Source: Takakia lepidozioides | Taxonomy: Eukaryota > Plantae > Bryophyta | Direction of reading: 5' to 3' | NCBI GenBank assembly: GCA_030704615.1 | Contig: CM060733.1 | Location: 1,488,001 to 1,552,000, forward strand | DNA: 64,000 bases | Part shown: positions 1 through 12,493 of the stretch, piece by piece | How positions within the stretch are numbered: the stretch's first letter is position 1 | How the letters are laid out: the number at the start of each line of letters is the position of its first letter | Translations under genes and position numbers: made by a program | Notes under the pieces: generated by a model | Seen by the model: only the letters and a program-made list of their open reading frames with translations | What the model was told of the DNA's origin: nothing | The model's database searches: none

Positions 1-598
1 TGAATCACATCGTATGGCATTAGTTTGCATGTATGTATGACACACGTGATTGCAAATTTTTTGCTGTCTGGGTGTTCAAGTATAACCATTTGGGTGCATC
101 ACAAAAGATCTACTGATGCACACATTTGGAGAGAGGGATGGAGAAGAGGGAGAGGAGAGAGCTCTTGATGCCCTTACATCTGTAACAAAATTGAGTATCA
201 GTGTTAGCTGACAGAACTAAAACTTGAGAAAGATCACAAAAAACTCAACTTCTTAGCCAAGTGGACTAGTCAAATTCTGAGCTGCAATGGGGAGTCGAGA
301 GAGGGAGGCCACTTCCTACTCTATGGATATACTCGAATAAGAGGGATTGGCTATGAAGACTTTCTGCTATCCGGATGACCAATCAGAATCGTAGTTGTTT
401 GCACAACTCTGAAAGCTTAAAAGGAGCTTCTCTCGAGCAGTGCAAAGCACACCGGTATTTGCTTTGATGGGGGCATTGTTGGCCCCTTCAAATTTGTTTA
501 ATCTTCTGCTTGTGGATGGAACATCAGCATCATGTACTGAGAATTTTCTGCGACCACCTGGGGAATGCAGCCAGTGCCCTGGTGCTCGCCCTGCTCCA

Positions 599-3500
599 TC
601 AGCCAGAGAAAGCCTTTGAACAATGTGAACTGGTGCAAATACTCTTATATTTGTCTGCCCAACCCTGTATAATGGCTGATAGAATCAAAGAAAGAACAAA
701 GTCCCTACTATTATTCTTAGGATGCAACTTGAGCTTTCCTCGAATCGGACCGAGGTTGCAGTTGATACCTGGCAGTGGTGGGTAGGGGTTTCCAGTCTTG
801 GCCTCTAGTTGGTCCTTGCTGGACAAATGAGCTGCGATGAACGGTTCAGATCCCCCCAGAACAAGCTGCGGAGTACCATCCAGAGTAGACCTTGAGCTCG
901 CAGACCTATACAAGGGAAGAAAGAAATAGTCGTTATTTGATGTTGAGGACAGACATGTTCAGACTCTCCCAATAGAACTGGATCTAGAGCAGTCAGATCT
1001 TGATCTTCGAAGTTCTATGGCTCCCATTTGGCCGTGCCCAGAAAGAAGCCAATCCACCACAGATGCGAGTTCAATCTGTCTTTGCATTGTATGCTAACCT
1101 AGTTTTACACTAAAACGGATACAAGAAGGCCTGGTAAGTAGAGATTGAACTATTACAGGTACTTAAATCTAGCATTGTGACCCTTGCCATTTTCTTTGTG
1201 AAGCAAATACACATGCACATTTTTATGACACAAACCGGGCTAGTTGCTTCTGGTTCAACTTGGCTGCTTCTTCAGTACGCTTCTTGGCGGCTTTGATCTC
1301 AGTGCTAACACAATCAAACATGAAGAGAAATTCGCGCATAGTTTTGAACAAGTCAGTTTGTTTCTCTTCCTTCATTGTTTCGCCGAAGTAGGCAGCCAAA
1401 TCCTTCAGTTTTCCCAATGACGTGTTTGCAAGGGTTTGCAAATCTACCATCTCCTTTTTGGTCTTTTCTGCAAATGGACACAGGAGGTCTTGGAAACACT
1501 CCTTGTATTTCACATCCATGCTGGTTGGAAAGGTGCTGGTTTCTTGGATTTCTCTAACGAGTAAATCCACACCTCGTTCCAGCTCTTTGAGACTGGAATG
1601 AATTCTCTCTAGGCTCAAGTTAGCTGCAGACTTGACTTCTTTCATTTCCAATGCCAATTTTCCAACCTGCAACAATATTGGATCTCTGGGTTTACATCAA
1701 AATGGCTCAGAGAAGAAAGCAGTTAGAGAGAGGGTTGGAGGGAACCAGCGCAAGAAATAATACCTGGACACCGATAGGAGAAGAGGAAGAAGAAACTACT
1801 ACCTCCACATGAGGCCCAAGGGCACAAGGACCCACAGAAATTAGGACTACAACAGAAAACCAAACAACTGTCCAAGAAGCCAACATTGCAGGAGAATGTA
1901 CTCATAAGACATTTGCCATAGCCTTGTGGCCAGAGACCCTGCTCCCAATTTGGGCAGAACTTGAGGGAAATATTGCAGGAGAGAGAGTGAGAGGGCCAGA
2001 GATGTAGGGAGTGGGATGTTAGTCTTACATGGGACTGGAATTTCGAGCATAGATTCTCTCATACAACTCCACAATTGACTCAAGGGAGTGAATTTGTTGA
2101 TGCACTGGCAGAAAGATATTACCTTTAGCAGTTCCAGCAGTAATCTTAGAGCTTGTCAGATACCTGGTCATCAGTCTTGAGCAGTTCTGCCACCACAAAG
2201 TGCAAGAGAGTTGTTTTTTTGTTGCGGCCCTTAACATCCATTAACTTCAGCAAAGCATCCAACTTGAATCCACTTGCTGCCCCACGGCATGATCCTCCAT
2301 TTAAATGGTTTCCCACCACCAGAACCATTTCCAGTATCTTCACCAGGCTACGACTAGACTTTAGCTGGTCGCATGCATGCTCCAGCAACTGCAAATCTTG
2401 CTGGGTCTGTTGTAGAGAGAACAAGAAAGAAAATTATTACTTTCATACGGGGCCTGGTGGGTCTACAGGATGCTGTAGAACAACAAAAGGACACCAAAGA
2501 GCGTCTCACAAACCGAAGAAGAGGAAGAGGGGAATTAATTAATTTATGTCCACAGCAGGCCCAGAGGGCCTTGGGACCAATAGAAAAACAGAAACCAAAG
2601 CAAGTCAAACTGCAACTGTTGCATGAAAGACGGAGTGCCTGCAGGTAAGTTGCTAAGCACAGCCTTAGACTTTAGTACACTTCACTCCGTCATAGCATTG
2701 TTGCCACACATCCCATGCATGGTATGGTTGGAGCGAAAGACAGAAAGAAGAAAGTGAACTTCATAACGCACATGAAGCTCAAGCCAAAAGATAGCAGGAT
2801 ACAAGAATGAAAGTTGGCCCTCAACAAGCAGCCCACAAACAACTATTCATCCACAGACTCTCTAAGAACGTTTCTGATCCTCATAATGAAAGGCCTCAGC
2901 AAGGGACTGGCTGTCCCAGAATAGGCAAGAGTATCGCCCCCGGATCTCATAGTAGAGAGGACAATGAAAGAAAAAATGTTCTTCGATGCCTATCTCCCCT
3001 CCTTCCGTTATCTCTAGCACAAGCCCAGCACAAGTGGTCAGCACACTCCAGGTTGTCCTATCTACCAGTTTGTATCCACAGGCAATGTCCGGGGTATTCT
3101 CATCAGAGAGTGACCCTCTTCCAGACCATCAAAAGTTAGTCCCTGCACCTCTGTCATCAACTTTCAAAATAAAGAGGCTAACCCCCTGTTGGAGTCGAAT
3201 TGCTGGGCAGCTCACACACAGCAGATTGATGCTTGTGTGAAGGGCTTTATACAGGAAATCTGGAAAGCCAGAACTAATTGTTTATATCAAGCAAACAATG
3301 TCGTATGAGCACATTCTATCCACAGGCTCTGTGAACCCACCCTGAGCCTTCCCAATGCCCATTGAAGAAATGGTGATAGAGTTGCAGACAAGTAATTTGT
3401 GCTGTGAGATCTGCCATCGCAGAGGACCCGAAAGGTATCGCACTAGAAACTGCAGCTTTGTTGTAAAATTCTCTGGTTTCCAGGTCTGTCTAGCATGACG

Positions 3501-6500
3501 TTCCATCAGCTCCTGTCAAATAAGCTTGTTGCAGTTGTGTTTGCAAGAAATTTCCAGACCTTCTGTATTTTGTGGCAGTAGGGATGCATCGGACAGGCCG
3601 TGTTGCTCAAAGACATTGGAGACCCAAGCATGCCAAAGGTCTTGAACCCAGCTGCTTTGAGTGTCATAGAGCTTGTGAGGGCACGTACTGGCAGCCACTT
3701 GGCGGGGAGAGATCGCAGCTTGTCAAGAAGATTGTAAGTCGAAATATGGCTTCGAAATCAACTGGTACACAGCCAAATTCAGTGTACAAATTCTGAGATG
3801 GTGCGGTACCTCTAGCCCCAAACCTTCCTTGGAGGAAAGATGCTTGTAGGGGTTGCAGATTTTTCTCCCACCAAGAAACCGGTACCCCAGGGGCCCAGAA
3901 CTCATAGCCATATATAGCAGCGGGGTTCACAGCCAAGTCAAAAAGCAACTTTTTCATGGGACGGTGACGCATATGGATTTGTTTGTTTCCCTCATTCCGT
4001 AGGGAGGCAGCCTTCCCCTTCGTCACTCTGTCTGTAGCCGTAGCTGCAAATTTAAGTTTTGGTGCGTGAATAGCTACTTGCAGGTATGTGATCTTCGCTT
4101 GGTTGAGATTGACCTGCAGCCCATAGTCACTCGTAAACTCTCTAAGATGTGCACGTGTTTTCGTAGGAAGACGGGAGACGGTGCCAACAGAACAACATTG
4201 TCTGCATAAAGAATCACTGATTGTGTTGGTCCCCATCAAAAGGCACCCCCACTCCATGATTCTTTGCACCCTCCAAAGCATCTATATATAGCAGGAGAAA
4301 AAGGAAAGCCTTGTTTCAGCCCAATATTGCTATGCATTTTTGCTGAGAACTCCCTTACCACTGACTGTGCCAATGACAGAGTTGTTCATGCACAAAATTA
4401 TCCTGTGTCAAAATTATCCTCTCCAGAAGGTTGGGTCAAGGTAGAAAATCAGAAGTTTCCAGAATCCACAAAGCATGCGTACACCATCTTCTTGTCATAA
4501 TAAGCCCGATCCACCATAGTTTGAGGCGTGAAAATGTGAGGGATGTGGCATGGGGCAAGTACCAGTGTGGAAGTAATGGGACTTCCATATAATTAGAAGT
4601 AAGGACAGGGAAAGCAAGAAAGAAAGAAAATCAAAAGTAAGGAACATCAAAAGAATCCATACGAAGTCCAAAGAGCTTTTGGAAAGGAACAAACAACACT
4701 TACATAATGTACTCAATCCCTTCTATACTTGTATACAGAGGAGAAGAAATTCACTAAGTCACATGTAGAGAGCAACAGAGTCAGCTTCATCTGATGCAAT
4801 GATCGATCTAAGGAGCTCAACTGTGAAACATTCATGTCCAAAGTATCTTTTTGCAATCACTGATTCAGGAAACCTAATAAATCTTCTTTTTAACGAGAGA
4901 TGAGCAGAACTAAAGACTTCAAGGCTATCACGCACGTCAGCTTCACTCACCTGTTCTAAAGTGATGTTGTACTGCAGCTTGAATATGAAGGCCTTGATTC
5001 TCTTCTCCTGCCGAGGAATTCTCAAAAGTTCCAAATAGTACCTATGAAACCAAGTATTTCTATCAAGTGAATAAGAAGACCCAGGACCAGAGACAGTTTC
5101 TGATTTGAGCACCATGCTGAGAAGTCCATCCATGCAAGGACTTGTGCATGCACCCCCCTACTTTGTACAATGATAGGTTTTTTTGGCACGATGGCTTTCC
5201 AATACCGTTTCCTCTGCACAGCCCCCAGTCTGGATTGATTCATGGTGGGACCTGTCCAGCACAGGCATGCCAGTGGAAGTCTACAAGAGCAGTGCACTGC
5301 AGAGTGACTAACGTTTGGGATGAGCATTTTATCTTGAACCAGACTAGTGTGGAAATGGCTGTCATTATTTGTTACTAAGAACTTGATTGACAGCTTACTT
5401 CTCAACCTCAGCAAGCACCGAGGGATCTCCTTGGTAACCCTGTAGGAGTGACATGTCCTCTTCACTGGGGAGAGTGTTGTGCATCACATTTAGTACTTCT
5501 GCAGTCAACACGGTTTGGTCCATAAAAAGCAGTGCACGGCAAAGCTTTGGCAAGGGTATGCGCAAACTCCGCAACTGGATGCTGATATTGTGTGCTCGTT
5601 TCATATCCAAAATGTGCACACCTTGTGGCTTCTTCATCCTTGCCCCGTTCTATATCCAAAACCAAGCAGACTGGCGTGAGCACATGGAATACAGGTTCAG
5701 TAATTGAACTGGTGGCAAATGATTGCGAGACAATCAAGTTGTTGAGAAGCCAACTCAGTGAGATGGAAGGAAAACAAGAGTCACAAAGTCCAACCTTGGT
5801 ACTGGAAGCCTTTGGATTGGTGTCAGTAAGGGCAAAGAGAGACTCAAGCTCCTGCAAGTCCATCTTCACACCCTCCAAAGCAGTTGTTGACCACACAGTT
5901 TTATCAGTAGAAGTGGTGATCTTGTCCCACACAAGCTGCTTCAACTTTGGCTTTCTGCTGTTTCCAGCAATTGCTAAGCCCTTCGGTGCCACTAAGGGAG
6001 GAGGTGGGGGTGGTGATGCCCCAGCTTTGGGTGGGGGAGTAGGGACAGCTCGTGGAGGAGGGGAAGGGGGGGGTCGCGGAGGAGGGGAGGAGGGGGGAGG
6101 AGGAGGAGGAGGGGAGGAGGAGGGGGTGGAGGAGGGGAGGGAGGGGGACAAGGAACTGGCCGTCCTGGAGTGGGAGGAACAGATAGACTGCGTGGGAGAG
6201 AACCCAGGGGCTCGAGGACCTTCTGACTCAGAAGTGAGTCATGCGCGTTAGTTTCTTGTTGTGAGGCAGGAAGTGAAGAGGTCTTCGAAGTGCTGCTTGT
6301 TTGAATTAATACAGAGCTTTTTGGAGATGAAGGTGGTGAGGAATGCTCTGCAATTTGCTGTGGATACCGTTTTTGCATCTCCTGCACCTGAGAGGGGCAC
6401 ATCAGCCAGCCAGTGGGATTCGGAATTGCCCAGAAGGTATCATGGGTATGAATCTGGTTTGTCTCCAGCACAGCCTTCTCTTGTGAAAGGCCAACACTCC

Positions 6501-9500
6501 CTTGCGCCACAGAGGTTGGCGACCCTCTAGAACTACAATCCAACTGGAAACTTCCATTTGACTTCAAAGCTTCAATTTTTCGTAATGGTCCTAAACTCTG
6601 CTGAGTCCGGAATACTGGCAAGCTGTGGGGGTTAGAGACAACATTGGCGTGAATTGCACCATTTTCCCTGAATGTTCTCTCTTGTGAGGAGACTTGCTGA
6701 GAAGAGCTTGTGCTCATTTGGGAGCTTCCATCTTGCTGGCAGCTTGTTGAATTCATGTTCAAAGACTTGGTACAAAACTTTCTTGTTGGCAGAAACAGTT
6801 TCTCTTGCAACGAATTAGATCTCTGTTGAGAGGCAGCTGGAAGCCAGTTTGTAGGCTTTGTGTCTCCACAGGGAGCACGCACCTGACTTAACTGCGAGGA
6901 TGCACTGGCCTGCAAAGTTCCTAAATGCTGCTGTGACCACAGTGGTAGACAAAATGGCCAACCTGTGAGGTTAGCATTTGCAAAGGAGTTCCCATTGGAG
7001 TGAGTGTCGGCTGTCAGAACTGACAAGTTTCCATGTAAAGGCTGAATGGTGTGCTGAGAGGCAGATGGCCCGCTTGTGGAGTCAGTATCCACCTGAGGGT
7101 TTCCGTCAGAGTCTAGCTGACTTGATTCTAGAGTCCTACACTCTTGCATGCCGCCAGAAGCCTGTTGACTCGAAGTTGCTGAATAGCCTCTGGCTGAAGT
7201 CACATCCTCAAAGGAGCTGCCATTGCTATAAATCTGAACATTTTGTTGCAGTGTTCTCTGTTGCCAAGGCCTAGAGTTCTGCTTGGTTTTCAACCCAACA
7301 GGGTTCGCCTGCACCTTAGAGCTTCCATGATTGATGTGCTTTTTGTTAGTGCCAAAGTTTTGTGTTGACAATGGTTGCCAGCAGCCAGGAAGTGTCCCAT
7401 TTCGAAATGTTTTGTTTTCCTCCAGAGATCTGATGTTGTCTGACATTGCTGGAGAGGGTGATGTTGGGCCATCCTCAGGGTAGACATTTCCATAAGAGCT
7501 CCCAAAGTTATATCTCTCGCACATATTTAAAGGTACACCATCCTGCAAACAGCCAGAGCTTTCCACAATCTTGAAAGCTTCTTGGTTGAGTGGGATTTCG
7601 CAATCCTCCCTCATCTCCAGTGCAGATTTTGATATCCATGACATCTTCCCCACTAGTGTCTTTCTAAATCCTTCTCGTGTGGACATCGTCACATTGCCAT
7701 CCTCACAACCAACTGAGAGGGAGGCAAAGCTGGATAGAATGGGCAGACTGGCTTCATGTGAGAATTTTCCTGTAAGAGCAGCATTTTCATTAGGGTCATA
7801 CCTCTGTTTGTAAATCATCCATTGGTCCATGATGATTTGCAGCCTTCTATAGAAGCTCTTCGAAGGGCGATCTGGCTTGCATTTGTACCTTGACTTAATC
7901 TTCAACCCTTTTCCAGTAGGCAGATGACCTCTCCCATGATGCCAATCCCTCAAAGTTGTAGCACAATCACTGCCAAACCTTCCTCTATTTGATCCCACTT
8001 CTGTGAAAACTCCACATGAGGCTCGCTGCATGTCCTTGTCTAGTCTGTGAGGTGGGTTACAAATGTAGGATTTGCCAGGTATGTTGGTTGGAGATGGATA
8101 ATATTGGTTAGAGTCGGATTGGAGACTATCATCAGAGATCAAAGGGGTTTCATCGAACTTTTTGATCCTGTTTTCCTTCTGTCTGCAGGAACAACAATCC
8201 TCCTCTGTGTCAATGCTTAAATCATTAATAGAGAAAAGGATTTCATCACTGTCATTATCTTCACTTTCCTCCATGACTTTCCCCAATAGATATCTGGTGA
8301 ACATCCAATCGTTATCATCAAATCGGCATCTCCAATAGTTTGGCACATAGCAGCTAATCTCTTGATCTTTTGAATTGCTATTGTCACTGCAAACTGCAGG
8401 TTCATTGAAGTTGTCTCTACAAGTAGGCACCTGGAGAGCCCTGCGGTGATTCTCATTCCCTCCAGACAACACTGACTGCTGGCCACTGGTCCAAATTCCC
8501 TCTGCTTGTTCCAAATTTTCATTGGTCAGAGATGGAGTGCACAAATTCTGTTGGTTTTCTAGGATAGAGGTGGCTGTGTCTGGTCTTGATGACTTTAAGG
8601 AGGTTGTCAAATCAGGACAATGAAATGTCCATAAAGAATCTTGAGCAGATTTAGCCGCAGAAGTATTCAGATTGAGTGCAACACGAGGAAAACCTTTGCT
8701 CCCTCCGTTGCCTGATCTTACTCCAAGCTGACTCCTGCATTCACATGATTGTAGGTTAGGCACTACTAATAGGTATTCACATTTCTATACAGATTTGAAG
8801 TAAGCATGGCTTTCAGCTATAAAGACACAAGCTATATATGCCCTTCCCTCCCTTCTTCAGCTCCTGCTCACTGCTATGTACAAAGGCTATGTATATTGAG
8901 GTTGAAGGTTTTGATTCTGTCTCTAGGATTGGGATACTATCAGTAGGGCTTGTCTGTGGAAGCCCACACGCACCTGCGCTGCTGAGTATATCCAAAATTC
9001 TCCTCTTACAATAACTCTCTTGCAGGTCTTAGATTAAACAAAGCGATAAGGCTTACCTTCAATGGGTAACAGTGCAACAAACCTGTATCCATTGCTGTTA
9101 CTGCAAATGATCCGGGGGGTATTGGGTCGATCAGCATCAATGGGCTGTAGCAAATTTTCACTCATGATATCATCATCCTTGGTAACAGGCAACAGATTCC
9201 CCACTTGGAGACCATCATCAATAAAACTCTCGAGCAAGCCTGTCCTGAAAAACACACTGCCCTTGATTGGCTACTTCTTTGCTTGAAACAACTAGCACTT
9301 CCCAACACCCTGTAAATGTAAGTTTCATTGTCCAACCATTTCAGGGCCCTGTAACCGTCCCATGCACATTCACAATTGACCACAGGTTAAGACTTCAGCT
9401 TGCTCCAGGATGCGTGTTTCTATCTTGCAGTTGTTATGGTAAATGGTGCTCTTATCAATAGCAAAGTGCCAAAATGGCACAGCATGTACAATATCATACC

Positions 9501-11480
9501 AATGGGTTCCTCTGACCTTGTGAGCCTTGCCCGTGCAATAGCAAGAGACTGGGATGAAACCCGGCCATAGCGAAAGAGGTAGTTCCACTCTTCAATCATC
9601 GTGACCAGAAACACACTTGCAGCCTGTACATTTGTTAAATGCCTGTGAAACACACATCAGAAAAGTTATCTCACATGATTTACTAATGTATGAACATACA
9701 TGCAAAGAGCAAGGAGGTCTGAATCATCTAGGAGAGCAGACAGTGAGTCTACAGGATTCATGATCATTGCCTTGAGTCCTGTTCTGCATAGTTTGGGCTA
9801 TCAAAGGGTTAGATAAGACAAAGCAGCTTCATTGACTCGATTCAAGCAGTGTGATCATGGTCTGAGCTCTGTAGCTTGGAGTTCATAGCAGCTGCATGTG
9901 GCATGTACTGACAACTGGGGGGGAATTATCACGTACGGTTCGAGGATATCTACTTGTACACAGTACAGAACGGAGTCTCTGCTGCATGATTATCACTTAG
10001 GATGCATGCATGACTCGTCGAGTTGAAACTCCACACCTTGAAATCCATGTGCGTCGTTGAATCACAGGGCACCTCAAAACACAAACTTCTTCTTTAAGTC
10101 CATTAGATAACATGATGTCTGGACATCCATCTGAAGGAGACAACCTTCAGAAGACAAGCAAATACCTGTGGACGATTTCAGCATCATCGGATCTCCTCAT
10201 CAGCAAAGGCCCAAAAGTAGTGGCCATTCTCTTAGCATTGGTCCATTTCTTGTCTGAAGCACTTACTCTGAGAAGTAGAAAGGCTATGCTTCTCAGTAGA
10301 GCATAATTTGAAGCTGGTAAGCGGCTTAGCAGTAAACGGAAGACATACATCCGTGAATATGCATTTGGAATAGCTGCATATTAAAACCAAACATCAGTAT
10401 CCATGGATCCTGCTGAAAGTTAGTAGTCCCCTGAGGCAACAAGGTCAGTTGCATTTGTTCCTCTGTTCTACCATCTGGAAGGTGAGTTATAAGTGGCCCT
10501 GCCCATAGAGTGATGGTCTCATTCTAAGCAATTGAGGGGTGTCTCATTAGTGCAAGTACCAGCACATGCACATGCACATGCCCATGATTCGAGTGAAAGT
10601 GCCAAACAGGTCAATGCAGGTACACAGGCAGTAATGAGTGTCTCATTCAGTTTCAAGGGTGAACCATTACAAACCTGCAGCTGCAATGAAGGCATCATGA
10701 AGTGAGCCAGTCAAAAGTGAGCCATTGAGCTCCTTAAGGTAGAGAAGCACCCCTGCCGCTACAGCATGAGGATTCAAATGCTTCAACACCAAGTCCGTAG
10801 TCTCTGCATGCAAAACAGGTTATTGTTCTCCATCCCTCTCCCTCTCTCCCACAAGCACTTGTGGCTTCCTGTGGACGTTATTAAGTTTATTTATTTCTTT
10901 CTCATTCGTACAACCGCTGTTTTCAAGGCCTTTTCAAGAGACTAGACTGGCTTTTGCACTATAGAGCTCCCACTCATAATCATGGAAAGACATGCCTTCA
11001 GAATCCACACGGGTGAACCATTTCCTGACAGCAAGAACCTCCTCCAAAGGTGCTGGTACCGAGAATAAGCCTTCAACATTTGTGGCTGCACCACAGCGCA
11101 TAAAAAAGTTTAGTTAGGGAACATTGGTACGCCATTGACATCCTCAGCAAGAAAAAGTAAAACAAGCTTTAAAATATTTACATTCTCACAACTCCTACGC
11201 TTTGAGAGAGAAAATTCCATACCCTTAGGCAAGCTTTCCTACTATTCGTGTAAAGTAGCCTGTCATGCTTAATAAAGTCTTGCACCCATATATTTTAATA
11301 TTGGCAATCAAACTAGAAAGATTCCTGGCAAGAATTGTCAGGCTGACCGGTTGCGATCAAATAGCTGGTAGCTCTTTGCAAGCCAACGAAGCTTGTTGAA
11401 GTAATATATGACTCTATGTTATCCATGTTCGCTCTGGACATTTTCTGACGTTTTTGTCTGCCAGGAGTCTTTTTGAACAT
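599..11480 (-). CDS. Class III formin (RhoGAP-like domain, long S/Q-rich linker, FH1, FH2); multi-exon, with an apparent 1-nt frameshift in FH1
   Basis: Phase-consistent RhoGAP exons 11480-11348, 11085-10996, 10803-10675, 10373-10166 and 9642-9500 give SYLIATATNVEGLFSVP..PHAVAAGVLLYLKEL..LPASNYALL..TFGPLLMR. Linker exons between ~9239 and ~8770 are uncertain. A long exon ~8763-5795 carries the polyproline FH1 and KLKQLVWDKI. FH2 exons 5649-5399, 5041-4951, 2406-2164 (GNHLNGGSCRGAASGFKL..KTTLLHF) and 1666-1236 follow. Probable last exon 905-599. Confidence 0.9.
1893..1970 (-). mobile_element. 3'-terminal fragment of the (CT)-tailed RTE-X-like LINE family, in a formin intron
   Basis: Reverse complement reads tgcccaaattgggagcagggtctctggccacaaggctatggcaaatgtcttatgagtaca, matching 27250-27315. 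Confidence 0.8.
2860..4281 (-). mobile_element. Degenerate non-LTR retrotransposon (RT thumb to C-terminal Zn-knuckle), a second family, in a formin intron
   Basis: ORF 3664-4281 has LFDLAVNPAAIYGYEFW..LQASFL..LYTEFG (post-RT region of LINEs). ORF 2862-3044 has EEHFFFHCPLYYEIRGRY (CCHC knuckle end). Confidence 0.7.
3075..3345 (+). mobile_element. 3' fragment of the RTE-X-like LINE nested in the opposite-strand LINE
   Basis: CPGYSHQRVTLFQTIK and cacacagcagattgatgcttgtgtgaaggg..tctggaaa are near-identical to parts of 28745-28940. Confidence 0.8.
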
Positions 11481-12064
11481 TTTGCCTGATGTCCCGCAAG
11501 TTCACTTCCAATATTCAGCACCATGCACACAATTTCTTTGCTCCAAGTTCTCTTCTCAGTCTGAAAATTTAAAGCAACTTGTGAGGTAACAGGTGAACGC
11601 TGTAGCTTCTCACATTGGAACATGTGCAGCTGTTCACGTGATCGATACCAGAGAAATAAGATTTGCACCAAGATACAACACATTCAGGATCTGGTTCTCA
11701 CTCTAAAGGTCTGTAGATAATTGCAGGACAAGAACAGCCTGCTTGCTCCATCAAGCCGGTTAAGTGGCCTGCTACTCGAGCCGAAGGCTGCAGGCCTGGT
11801 CGAAAGACCTGACAAGTTGTTTCAAAGAATATTTACACTGAGAGATAGGAGAATTTCAAATCCGTCATTTAACTTACTCCTCAATCACAAATTCAGAACA
11901 AGTTCTTTCCGCTCATATGATCCTCATCTACCAACACCTAGAGCAAGGAGAATCAAGGATCGGAACAGTCAATTACGTGTTTTCTGTCCCCAGAACCCTA
12001 GAATTCACTGTCTTGCCTCGCCCGCCCCCCCCCCCCCCACCAAGACATTCAAACTAACGAACAG

Positions 12065-12380
12065 AAATTCCCGTTGATGTACAGATCTACTCATCCCGCA
12101 TGCATTAGCGGATATATATCAGAATCTGGAAACAAAAAAATAAACAATTTGATGGTGGCACGCAAAAAGGACAAGATCGGGACAGCGGCTATCCGCGGAC
12201 GCGTAAGCTGCCACAAAAGCTCCTTTTGCGCTACCGTTGCTACACGTCCGGTAACCGGCCCGTTACAACCGCCGTTGGAACTCGGTTAGTTCCAAACTGA
12301 CGGAAGACCCCTCCGGTAGTATCTGACTAGTAACTCACTTCCGTATGAAAGTTGAAAAAGTGGCGATCACGTGGCTATAC
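12065..12380. promoter_or_regulatory. Bidirectional promoter between formin and STN7, with an MSA-core (AACGG) cluster and a G-box
   Basis: CCGTT at 12071, 12234, 12260 and 12272, and CACGTG at 12368-12373. The two genes diverge from this interval. Confidence 0.5.
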
Positions 12381-12493
12381 CTGAGCAGGTACGTATATGT
12401 GCATTGTACTGAAGACCATAGGTAGTGAGAGTGATGTGGGAGATAAGGCAGACAGATTCCAAGAGAGGGAGGTGGTGATGGTGGAGTGAGGGC

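Noticed and set aside
5592-6251. Gly-rich 219-aa ORF on the + strand
   Set aside because: Antisense shadow of the formin FH1/FH2 exon.
11223-11262. Extra small formin exon
   Set aside because: In-frame TAG codons in the required phase; exons 11480-11348 and 11085-10996 join correctly without it.
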